DNA of 64,000 nucleotides from Spironucleus salmonicida (Eukaryota): NCBI RefSeq assembly GCF_000497125.1, contig NC_090597.1, positions 879,797 to 943,796 of the forward strand, read 5' to 3'. Shown piece by piece: positions 12,553 to 23,600 of this stretch (position 1 is its first letter; each line of letters starts with the position of its first letter). The notes under the pieces were generated by a model. It saw only the letters and a program-made list of their open reading frames with translations, ran no database searches and was not told where the DNA came from. The position numbers and the translations under genes were made by a program.

Positions 12553-14551
12553 GCGTTTTTGCTCGAGTTTCCGCGGAAAAGGTGCGGCGGGCGTATAATA
12601 ATGAGATTGACTGTTAAAAAAATTGATGTAAAGTAAAACCGTAGTAGATGAAATGTTGGTAATGGGGGATGGAGATGGGTAAATTGTGTCATTTTTAGGT
12701 GTATTGAGTAATAGCGTTTCTGTGTTTAAAGTAATGGAAGTAAGAACTCATTATATTGCATAAATTAGTCTTTTAGCCGTTTTAGAAGCGTGTAAAGGTT
12801 AATAAATGATAAAAATAGAATAAACAAGCTGTAATAAAGAATAAAATAATTTTCTGTTACAAATGCAAAAAATATAATTTATGTGTGTATACTGAATGTT
12901 TTGCTTGTATTTCTTAGCTTAAAATATAAAGATAGTAATTATTATGAGTATAATGTATGATTTAGTAAATTAGGGATTGGTTACTAAAATTTTGAGAATA
13001 TATTATTTAGACCGCAAAGATTTTATTTTGTTAAATAGAAAAATGATTATATAAGCTTAATATAGTTAATTTAGGTATTATATTAGAAAATAATATCAAA
13101 ACTATATTCAATAAATTTATTCTGCTAAGAAGATGTTTAAAATTGTTAATGCTAGAATAATCTAGGAACCTTGTTTATTTATCAGAAATTCAAGTGTACA
13201 TATAATTAATAAATGTTAAGCTGCTAATAGTCAGCTAATTTAGAGTTATACTATGATAATATAAAATATACTTAAAGCTAGTAAGTTCTTTGTCAATAAT
13301 TAATTTGTGGTAAATTTATATTAATCCTGCATAAAATGGGCTAAAGTATTCGATTTTTGATTAAAACTATTTTAATCGGTTAGTACATCTCTAGTATATT
13401 GTATTATCACTATAATATGAAGGTTTGTATAAATAATAAGATTATTTATACATTATAATATAGTAAAATTAATGATGTTAGATGTTTTCCAATTTGACTT
13501 CATGTTGACTTTTATATTTGAGTTAATGAAAATTAATTAAATATAGTATCAGCACTATTATACAGAATAAATTTACGAATTTTTTCACAAATATATAAAA
13601 ATCGATTTTAAAATATTAATCTTTATTTCTATATTATATAACAATATAAATATAAAGTCAAATAATATTACTTATATAATGTGTTATTATCTTTCATTCT
13701 ATTATAAAACGATATTATTATGTTATTATTCAAGTTAATAAATTCTTTGATATTTGTAGAGATTGCACAATTCACTAATTTCTTCAATTAATCTTTTAAA
13801 AAATTATAAAAAGTTTATTTTATTTATATTGTAATTCGTTTTTCTTTTTAGTGTGATTGTATTGTATATCATTTACTTCATTGTTATAGTATTAATTAGA
13901 TTTAACATAGTGAAAAAGTTATGTAATAATAAAAATGTTATGATACATACTAGTATTATAAATAATATAATATTAGATAAACAAATTTAAAAGAATATAT
14001 CGATATTAATTGGTAGATATTTAGCGCTGAACATCTTAGTCTTGTTTTTTCATCATAAAATTATTAAAAAAATATATTATTAATTCATATAATTAAAAAT
14101 TCTATATTTGTTTCTAAAAGATCTTTTAAAATTATTTACTTTAAAAATCTTAAAATTTTAGTAATACTAACACATTAAAACTATAAATAAGAATAATACT
14201 AATGAACAAGTAGCTTAACTATTACTAATTAATTTATATTTATCTCCTAATTATAAAAAATCGATTGTAATTAATTCCTGAGTAATCTTTCTGTATCTAT
14301 CTATATTTACTAGCTTTGTAATTGTTATTTTTTAAGATTTACTTTTATGTGAAAAACAAATAAAAATATTATTTTTAATCGATTGTCATTATTAGGCTGC
14401 TTCAATATCTTCTATATTTATATCCTTTGTTAGCTTAATATTTAATAGTAATTGATAACATATTTTAATGGATAATATACAGTAATTAATAGTAATAAAA
14501 CGATTCTTTTCCTAAATTTCCACTATAAAACATTGTAAAATAAATTAAACT

Positions 14552-14800
14552 TCAATCACCGCACTCAAAATCCTCAGAACCATCTGTAAATGCATAAGTA
14601 ACATCATTAGGCGTCCAAACTTATTCTATTGTAGAGTCGCTTCCTATGTCTAAATCAAATAATTAAAGCTACTAGCAAGAAATCACAGGAATAAGAATTC
14701 CTCCAAAACTATCCTATATAAAGTTAAAATCAGTCATTTAACTAGATTTAATTAGCTACAATGATCGACTGTTCACCATCTGTTGTTTCAAGCGCTTCAT
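14552..14800 (-). CDS. Small hypothetical protein (82 aa), divergent from the nucleoporin gene
   Basis: AAAAATG start, MKRLKQQMVNSRSLQLIKSSQMTDFNFIQDSFGGILIPVISC...DGSEDFECGD, TGA 14552-14554. Open only with TAR=Gln. Confidence 0.5.
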
Positions 14801-14997
14801 TTTTCAAACGGAAAAGAGTACAATCAATAAAATTCTGTATATAGGATTTTCTATTGTGTTTAATTTTCAAATGTCAACTGTTTATTCTATATGAATTTAT
14901 GTATAATTTTAGTTCGCTCCATTTTAAACTATAAATATACTATTATATCATTTAATTTAATTAATATAATTTTCACTCCAATCACTTCAAAAATTGA

Positions 14998-15645
14998 ATG
15001 GCGTTCAACTTTTCAGCACAGCCAACCTCCGCATTTGCCCCACAACCCACTGCAAGAGGTAACACCATCCAGCTTAATACCGGAAATTCTACACTGGCGG
15101 CCTAACCTATTTCTCGCTCAATTCCCACATTCGGCGTGAAACCCTCAATGTCAAGTTTCGCTACCTAGAAAACAGACGCGCAGTTGGAGCCAAAATCATT
15201 ATTTGATAACCTGCTGGTCCGCCTGGTGCCTTACAAACAACCTGCAAAAGAGCTCCTTAGAGAGCTCCAAATTCACGACTCGTTCGCGGAGCCGCAGCTA
15301 CCTTCGCGTTTTAGCTCGTCGTTCCAGACGTAGCCAGCCCTGCACGCCATCCAGAAGTCTGATAAAGTGATGTTAAAGCTCAGCTCAGAGCATGGATCCG
15401 TGGAATTCATTGATCCCTTGACCGTTAAGGAGCTTCCCGACGATCTTGATACAATCATCATGATACAACCAGGTCAGGTGACCGTGAACGTCCCTAATGC
15501 CTGCATCTGCACGCTCAGCAACATCGCCGCGGAGGGTAGCAATACTACCGAACGGGCATCCTACATGGCACAGCTTTCAATATAAAACGGTGTTGAATTC
15601 GTGTAGTATTTTGATGAGAGCGGGTTGTGGGTGTTCAGGAAGTGA
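14998..15645 (+). CDS. Nucleoporin with a Nup98/Nup145N/Nup116-type autopeptidase-like (peptidase S59) domain, 215 aa, lacking the HFS cleavage motif
   Basis: Low-complexity F-containing N-terminus (MAFNFSAQPTSAFAPQP...PTFG), then HGSVEFIDP...LDTIIMIQPGQVTV...ACICTLSN...GVEFVQYFDESGLWVFRK*. This matches the Nup98 domain pattern GxVxF..P..LD.I..V.V..A..TL..G..FV.Y..G.WxF. Confidence 0.72.
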
Positions 15646-16470
15646 TATTATGTAATATGTGTTTAAAATTCCAGTGGAACAGAATAATATAACTTATTAT
15701 TATATATAAATTTATATATGTAAACACTGATATGGATAATATTTAAACATTTTTACAAGTATTCTTGTATGTGAACTTTAAATTAACGATTGATAACCAT
15801 TTATAGTTTATTAAACGTCCCTTAGTCTAGTTGTAGAGACAAAATAGCCTGTTTTTAATGGTACATTTTTAACAGATTATGCATTTAAAATATGGCTTAA
15901 TTCAACCTTTTATCACTGTAATCACTAAAGGCGGCAAATGATTAGTTGTTACCTGTTATTTTGTTTGAATTAAAAATATATGTTTTAGTCTACATTTTTC
16001 GTTGATAGTTCGCACAATATACTAATAATTATTATAAAATAATTACTTTTGCATGTAAAGTATTCCCGATCGAAAATCTTTATTATTAAATAATACTTTA
16101 CGATTTATACCAATTAACATTAAAATTATTTATGTTTTCTAATAAATTAAAAACATATATTTTTCGATAAACTTATTCTTCCTACAATAATTTATGATAA
16201 TAAATTTTTTCTTCTCTAATTTTACTTAACTGATGCTAATATATTAACATATATTATAGATTATTTTAGCAAGAAAAATCGACAGCTATTAACTTTTACA
16301 ATATTTTATAAATCATATTTTCCCACATTACAAAATCTTTATACAAATCTATTAATATATACGCTGAACCAATATAATTATATCTTTATATTTTTACTGT
16401 AAAAGGAAGTAATTACTTCGCTATATTCTTCAATATTTACTAATTGTCACTCTACTCCACTTCTGTAAAA

Positions 16471-18255
16471 ATGTCAAACGTGTGTACTGTTGACACTTTA
16501 ACAGCCTGTGAAGCCAAATTCTTCTGTCTTGTCACTGTTGGTGATGGTTCAGATACGACCTATACTTGCACCGCCTGTGATTCCCCATGTGAAAATTGCG
16601 AAACTACTGCTACCACCTGCACGACCTGCATCAATGGTTTCAAGGACCCAGTTAAAAACGTATGCACAGAGTGCAATGATGCATTTTTCCCTTCAGGTGA
16701 AACTCCTCCTACCACTTGCACCGCCTGTGATGCGAAATGCGCCACCTGCACAGGAAGTGCGGACAGCGCATGTTTAACCTGCACAAACGGTAATTCTTTA
16801 GCTGACACTACTTGTTCCGCCTGCGTTTCAGGAGAAACCATGAAGTGCACCTGCGGAGAATCTACTAACTGCTCGACTTGCAATTCTACTGATCCAACCA
16901 AATGCGCCGTCTGCGCGAATGGCAATTTCATTTCTGAGAATATCTGCACGGCATGTTAAGATAATTAACTGATTGCTTGCGCGTGCGGTACCGCAGTCAA
17001 CTGCGCAACCTGCGCTACTGATAACATGAAATCTTGCGCTAGCTGCAACGGTAACTATGACTTTTCTGCGGATATTCCTTGCTCGAAATGCAAGGCCAAG
17101 TTCTTCGAGAGCGGTACCGAAGGAGCTAAAACCTGCGAAGCCTGCGACGCGAATTGCGAAAACTGTGAAAATTCCGCGAAGGACTGCACGAGCTGTCCCG
17201 TTGGTTCTGGGATCAAAGAGAAAATATGCGAAAAGTGCTCTGCGAACTGTGTCGTATGCGCTGCAAATTCTGATGTCTGCACAGAGTGTGATGAAGGCTC
17301 AGCTCTAAGCGAAGGTGCGTGCATCAAAAACTGCTCTACCAATGCCGACTGCAGCGCCAACCAAATCTGCGACACCACCTGCAAGGACTGCACCAGCAAC
17401 TGCGCAACGTGCGAGGTGGCCGTCACAACCTGCAAAACCTGCCTCCCTGAATTCGGAATCAAAGACTTGACCACGTGCGTAGCTTGTACTGAAAACTGCG
17501 CAGCTTGCGCAATGGACTCAACGGTATGCACAGAATGCAAAAATGGCAATATCTTGAATACAAATGTTTGTACTGCCTGCACGGAAAACATGGAAACCCA
17601 GTGCAAATGCGGCGAGCTGATCAACTGCTCCACGTGCGATTCTACCGATGCCAGCAAATGTAAGTCGTGCATTGCCGGTTACAAGGCTGGTACTGACGGT
17701 GCCTGCAATCTTTGCGCCGACGGCTACTTCATGGATGGTGAAAAATGCGGTAAATGCGGCGAAAAATGCTCCAAATGTGAGAAAGACGCCAACACGTGCA
17801 CTGCATGTGCGGAAGCTTATGTAATGAGCATAAATCAGACCTGTGAGGTAAAATGCGAGTCCATAAAAGAGAGCGAAGCATGCGTTGATGGAAAGGCGGT
17901 TGATTGCGGCGTTGAAGGTCAAATTACTGGTTGCAAGTGCGGTGACGCGACAAACTGCTTTGAATGTGATAAGTCAACGCCATAAGCTTGTGGCAGCTGC
18001 CTTGTTGCGTATAAGTTTGAGAATTCTGTTTGCAGTTCGTGCAAAGACCTAGTTAGTACGCCTCTGGACTAATTCTGCATACTTTTATAACCTGAAGCCG
18101 AAAAATCTAGCAACAAAATCTCTGGTGGTGCCATTGCAGGTATAGTCATCGCAGTTATTGTGGTAGTCGCTGCTATCGGTGGCGGTGTCTTCTGGTACAT
18201 GAAAAAGTCCAAAGCTTCGTCTACCACGACCAGATCCAATGCTGCTATGCAATGA
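16471..18255 (+). CDS. Cysteine-rich membrane protein (CRMP, long-tail type), 594 aa
   Basis: AAAAATG start [19 protein letters not shown]. Joins track ORFs 16444 and 17026 through TAA=Gln. [37 protein letters not shown] 18253-18255. Confidence 0.92.
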
Positions 18256-18757
18256 TACAATTTAAAAATTCACTATTACTCACCCTTGAGTTCAGAGGTT
18301 GATCTTAAATTTGCGCAGTTTCAACGGATTAACGGTATTCTAGACCAGCTGAGTATTTCAGAACTGAACATAATTCCTAGTATGCTGTATCAAATTAAAG
18401 TGCAGATGGAAGTAAAAATTTTAGGAGGTGCAATATATCGAATGACAGATTAGTTATATTTTGCTCTTTTATTGATGGTTGATATTGATCAATTCATGGA
18501 CAAAATAGTAAATTTAGTGATGGAACTGAGTTACTTGGTATTATATAAATTGCACAGCGGCAGTTAAGGCTGAAACTGCTTCGCTAACCGTAGGTCAATT
18601 TTAATAAATGATACGCTGCTACTAAATTATGAGCAAATATTCCATATAAATAAGAATAGATTTTTCTAGAATAACTTCTATCCAATTTGATTAATAATTA
18701 AAGATTAAAATTTTAACTATAAAGCAACAGTTAAGTTTAATATGTATTAAATCCATT

Positions 18758-18761
<4 letters not shown>

Positions 18762-18803
<42 letters not shown>
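18762..18803. repeat. (AT)21 microsatellite
   Basis: Uninterrupted AT dinucleotide run about 130 bp left of the Polinton-like island. Confidence 0.95.
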
Positions 18804-18807
<4 letters not shown>

Positions 18808-18934
18808 TGTAAACTTACTGAATGTCAAAATACACAGTACAAATTCTTAAAGTCTCTAAAGGTATTTTTCCATTACTATTTTTATGAAACTATATTTTAG
18901 AAGTCGAAACCAAATTTAAACAAGAATTTGCATA

Positions 18935-19092
18935 AGTAGTAAGTGACCCGTAGATAAAGTATGATTTCGTCATCTCCAATTCTAAAAAAGGGAAGTCATG
19001 ATTATGGTAGCAGCGCGTACATTAAAAGGATTTGAATGTTTTGAAACTGAAGTTGACAAGAGGCACACTTTTACTCTGTAGTATTTACTACT
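18935..19092 (+). mobile_element. ~157-bp element with inverted-repeat ends, copy 2
   Basis: AGTAGTAAGTGAC ... GTCATGATTATGGTAGCAGCGCGTACATTAAAAGGATTTGAATGTTTTGAAA ... GTATTTACTACT. Confidence 0.7.
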
Positions 19093-19099
19093 AGTATTA

Positions 19100-20468
19100 T
19101 CTTATAAAATGTGGAACTCTTCGATTAACTACTTCAATTATGGTTACGCTCTCATTTTACCATTTATAATATAATAATTAATTGATCCTCGTCTATGTAT
19201 TTATAAACCGGTTATAATAATTGTGTTGTTTATTTTTAATGAGTCTGCAGTATCTTAGTAATATTAATATTATACTTTATCTAGTACTTATATTAAACCA
19301 TACTCTTGTTTAATTTACTTCCTATGTGTAACTATTGTTGAATTCCTTTCCTATTCTTAAACATGCTTAAGATCTGCTTTCTCAGTAACTATTACAATAT
19401 ATTTAACTTTATAGTTCCCACCGGGACTTAAAAAATGAATTACAAATCGATGCTAGATCTTTTCTAAAATAATATGATGTATTACCCCTTCTTTCTTATA
19501 TAACGTTATCTCTTATTAAACATGTGTGGTCTTCTAATACTTTAGCAATATAAGGATCTTATTTATAAATAATAGCTTTCTTATCGAATCCTACTGATAC
19601 TTAATATTACACATCAGAATTATTAAGATGTTTTACTATTACATGTGTAACCCATAATTTGCTGAGCATTTCTTTTGTGTATAAAATTATTTAGTGTTCC
19701 TCCTCCTAGCGTTAGAATATATTAGCTAAATTTTATACTCTACGGTCATGCAATACTTACTCCTATTATTTTTACTTTTTAAGAACGTCTAATTCCTCCA
19801 AAATATCTATAATAATTCGTCATCGTCTTTCGAATAGCTTCATAATTGTTTTCCTCTAGGTATTTTTATTATTATTCTATACTGTCTTTCTTAGGATTAG
19901 ACTCTTTGTCATATTCAACTAAGAAGTCCATAATAGTTGTTATAAAAGGCTGCCTTGTGGGTAACCTGTCAAGATTAAGTTAATTAGAAGTTTTTACAAC
20001 TTTTGAACAGTGTAATACAAACTTCTCATTATTTAAATTAACGCCATGATCGTTCGCTTAAATTCTAGCTAGTAATGTTTCGCTAACTGTGCCACTTTAG
20101 TAAAAGAGGGTCGTCGAATCGTAATATTTTATAAAATTAGCAATGTAGCATTCCCGGATAGAAAAGCTAATAGTACTAGAAACAGTCTAATAAAGTTAAG
20201 TTTACTCTTATAAATTAATATAAATTATAGCTGATTTATAAAAGCAGTTACTAAGTATTCTTTCTAAGCGATTCTATGTTGCCTATTAGTTTAATGGATG
20301 GTAGGTTAAACCTGTTTCTGTTTGTACTTTCTTAGTAGTTATTTTGAATTTAGGAATTATTTTACCTTACACTCTTCCGGTTTGTGCATTAACTGAATGA
20401 CAGATTGCAAAGCAGTTTTACGTTTAATATAACACTTAATATTCTATACTCTTAGTGCAATTCTTCAT
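19100..20468 (-). pseudogene. Unknown ORF in the Polinton-like island (240 open codons, 20468-19746, then a degraded continuation)
   Basis: ATG 20468-20466 MKNCTKSIEYQVLYQTQNCFAICHSVNAQTGRVQGKIIPKF, open with TAR=Gln to TGA 19746-19748. Coding-like sequence continues with further TGAs and a frameshift toward ~19100. Confidence 0.55.
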
Positions 20469-20474
20469 ATATAT

Positions 20475-20630
20475 AGTAGTATGTAACCAGTACTAACCAT
20501 GTAAAATGAAAAAATTCACTTTTCAAAATATGCAATCCTTTTCATGATCGCGTTGCTACCTTAAAAGGCTTGAATTTTTAAAAAATATATTTCTCAAGAT
20601 ATATACTTTTAGTACGTATTACATACTACT
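20475..20630 (-). mobile_element. ~157-bp element with inverted-repeat ends, copy 3 (inverted relative to copies 1 and 2)
   Basis: Arms 20473-20496 and 20609-20632 pair at 21 of 24 positions, with ATAGTAGTATGTAA perfect. The minus-strand core is GGTAGCAACGCGATCATGAAAAGGATTGCATATTTTGAAA. Confidence 0.75.
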
Positions 20631-23600
20631 ATTAGTCTATATTTCTACTCTCCTTTCTGTTTTATATATGCTATGCCACTATCATACTTATAATCAAACT
20701 TACAATCATTTGCTAATTGCTTTAGTACAGCTTCATCCTTATAACCATCTTGATCTGAGTGCAATGTCTTGTTGAACATCTATGAATTAATGTAATTATT
20801 TCCATCATATTTCTTATCATTAAAACTTGTTATTTAGTACGTATGTATCTCGCATATCTCCCTGAACGTATAACCTTCGTATAAAGCATTTATCAATTCA
20901 ATCTCATGCCAAAACCCATAAAGATATCTTTATTCGAGGTTGTGCTTACATTTATCATGATTGTTAACATTTAAACATTGCTATTATGTGCATGTTCTAC
21001 ATAAGGGAAATAGCAACTTGTTACAAATATGACATCCTAACACTGGGAACTTTAAATCCCTTGGTGGTAACATCTAACATTTGATTTATATTACTCTTTC
21101 CTTCTTATCGTATCCAGCTAAGTAGTATTGAAGTCTTTACTCTGCTGTAATCTTCCTTGGTATGCTCCTAACGTATTCAATTAAGTTATCAATATAGGCT
21201 TAATCAAATTTAAACTTATGCTTTGCAATATCTTTTGAATCAATACTTTTGGTATACGTTGAGCATCCTGCTTGTGTTCCAACAATCAAATCTCTTAAAG
21301 GTAAGTTTCCAAATACCATGACTGAAGGGTAAACCGATGTGAAGCCAATTCCGTACAGCTTTTTGTTTGGTCTATCGATTTCTCTACAATGAGTGTAGCA
21401 TTCAGTTCTTCCTCCTTGTAATATCGATCTATTGCTTATGTTGTATTACGGAGGTATCTCTATCTTGATATCGCTGTGCTATTTAAATTTAATAAACTCA
21501 ACGTCTGCTACATGAAAGATGTCTTCAAATACTCCTTCATTCATTCTATCTTTTAAGCGTAATCCCTTCGTTTTATGCTGCCTCTTCCTTTCTTGCATTA
21601 CTTTATAATACTTATATGTTTGCTTTAATTCCTTTAACCCATGATAGAACACTCCATCCAATTCTAATCCATACTTCTTAGTTGCGCCATCCGTGTCACC
21701 ATGGAATACTATATCAATATTGTATCTTGTATCTAAGAATCGTTGATTGTAGAGTACATTTGTTATCTTGGTAAACTTGGTTCCTAAAAGTGTATTTATC
21801 ATTCCACTATCATTCAAAGTTAGATGCGCTAAGCGATACTCGCATTTCGATTTGTTATGTTTTAGATCGTGATAACCTATTTATATCTTTGTATTGCAGT
21901 GGTGTGTGAATAGGTTCATTGGCATTGCTGATGCTGTTAAATAGTTGAGCCTGTTGACACCCTATTCCTTTAGTGATACTTCTACCCATTTCACAAGAGC
22001 TTTGCTTAAAATGAGCTATCTTGAATACAATAATTAATATACTAATCAATGAAGTCTAAGTGATCATAGTAGCTAGCATATTAATTGAACTCATCCAAGC
22101 TTAGCTTATCAAAGTGTTTCTGTTATAGAATGCCTTCTTTTACTAATTCACTTATTGATTTAAGACTCCCTCCGTTTTAAATATACAAATCAAATATATC
22201 TTTTGTTAAGAACGTGTATGACTATAGTTGTTTTCCAACTTCAAGTCCAAGGGCCAATTCCTTATTTAGTTTTGCTAATGGTGAAGTTATGAGTCTAAAT
22301 GAATCCTTAAACGACATTCCATTTATTTTCAAATTCAATAGCTAGTTGTTTGAAATCAATGTTTCGAATTCGAATTGCTCTTTCACTTTCATTATAGCTG
22401 CTAATAATAAGTATTTGTCATATGCTGCTGCATTGTGTGCATAGAAGTCTTTTATCTTATATTTCTTAGTTATTGGTTCCATGTGCCTTATAAATTTGAT
22501 TAGCAAATCGTCTGTTGAAGTGATGTAGTTGCCTGGTTCTTTTAATCTAAGTGCGTTATCATAAAAGTGATCCATCTCTTCATATGTGTTTGTTTCCTTA
22601 TCGTGTATGTTTATAATCCATATTACTAAAAATGGGATGTGTTTCATTGAATACTTTGAATAGTTATCATCATTTTCATTGAGATTCTCGAATAGGCTTT
22701 CTATATCCCAAGTTAGAAATGATTTCTATTCATCATAAAGGTTTCCTTATTTGAAGTACTATCCTTCATATTCAATTTACGTTTTACATTTGCGTGATGA
22801 GTTGTGTGTCGTATTACAATGACTGCATGGTGAAAACTTCTCGCATTTCTTTTAATGTCGTTCTAAGCATTTGCTATCAGGTGTGTTATGGAGCTATGTT
22901 TTACAGTTTTAACATTAATAACTTTTGTTGTCTTTGTATCTTACATGACTGTAGTTGCAAAACGTACAATAATACTTAGTAGCCACTTCTTCTGCTTGTG
23001 TACATTCATAACATTGGTTCTTCTTATGGAATAGGTTTTGGTGTTGATAGCAATAAATATATTCCTTGTGCATTGGGTTCATTGTATTTATTCATTGTTT
23101 AAAATCCATTATGACATTGTAATGTCCATTGCATAAAACTAATAAAAGATCCATTTCTGAATTTGGATACAAGTCATTTACTTTATTAACTTCTGCTACT
23201 CTTATCTTTATATTCAAATACCTTTCTGCTCTTATTAGTATCTCTGTATCTGCTAACTCCTCTGCATCTTTGTTGATTTCATTTATAAGCATATGCGTAA
23301 AGTATTATAAGTATTAGTTTATAGCTTTAGCTTTGTCTAAGGGCTTATCTAAATACGTTTGTAAAGCCTTACCTGCATCAAATGCTATTGTGGTCATTGC
23401 ATATGGTTTCGCTCCTAACTAAAAGATATGTTTCTTATCAACTGTTTTTGATTTCTTGATGAATTCTGCAATGATGGCCGCGTATAGACAGTTGTGGTCA
23501 TTATTTTTGACAAAGAATATAGACCCTTTAAATTTTTACTCTAGTGTTGCGTTTTCTAAATATCCATGACCTACATTTCTACATATCAATCCTATTTAGT

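Noticed and set aside
12800-14500. Very AT-rich long TGA-free frames
   Set aside because: Expected by chance under table 6 in such AT-rich DNA; no recognisable protein features.
16560-17922. Long antisense ORFs rich in Q/V/A/H (e.g. 17055-17672, also 31730-32140 and 54467-54772)
   Set aside because: These are shadow frames of Cys/Thr-rich sense genes (TGC/ACC read as GCA/GGT) with no independent coding signal.
18256-18573. About 105 open codons in frame right after the stop of the 16471 CRMP (possible read-through extension)
   Set aside because: With only one stop codon, open stretches this long are common. No motif is recognisable, and another frame looks like an eroded CRMP remnant.
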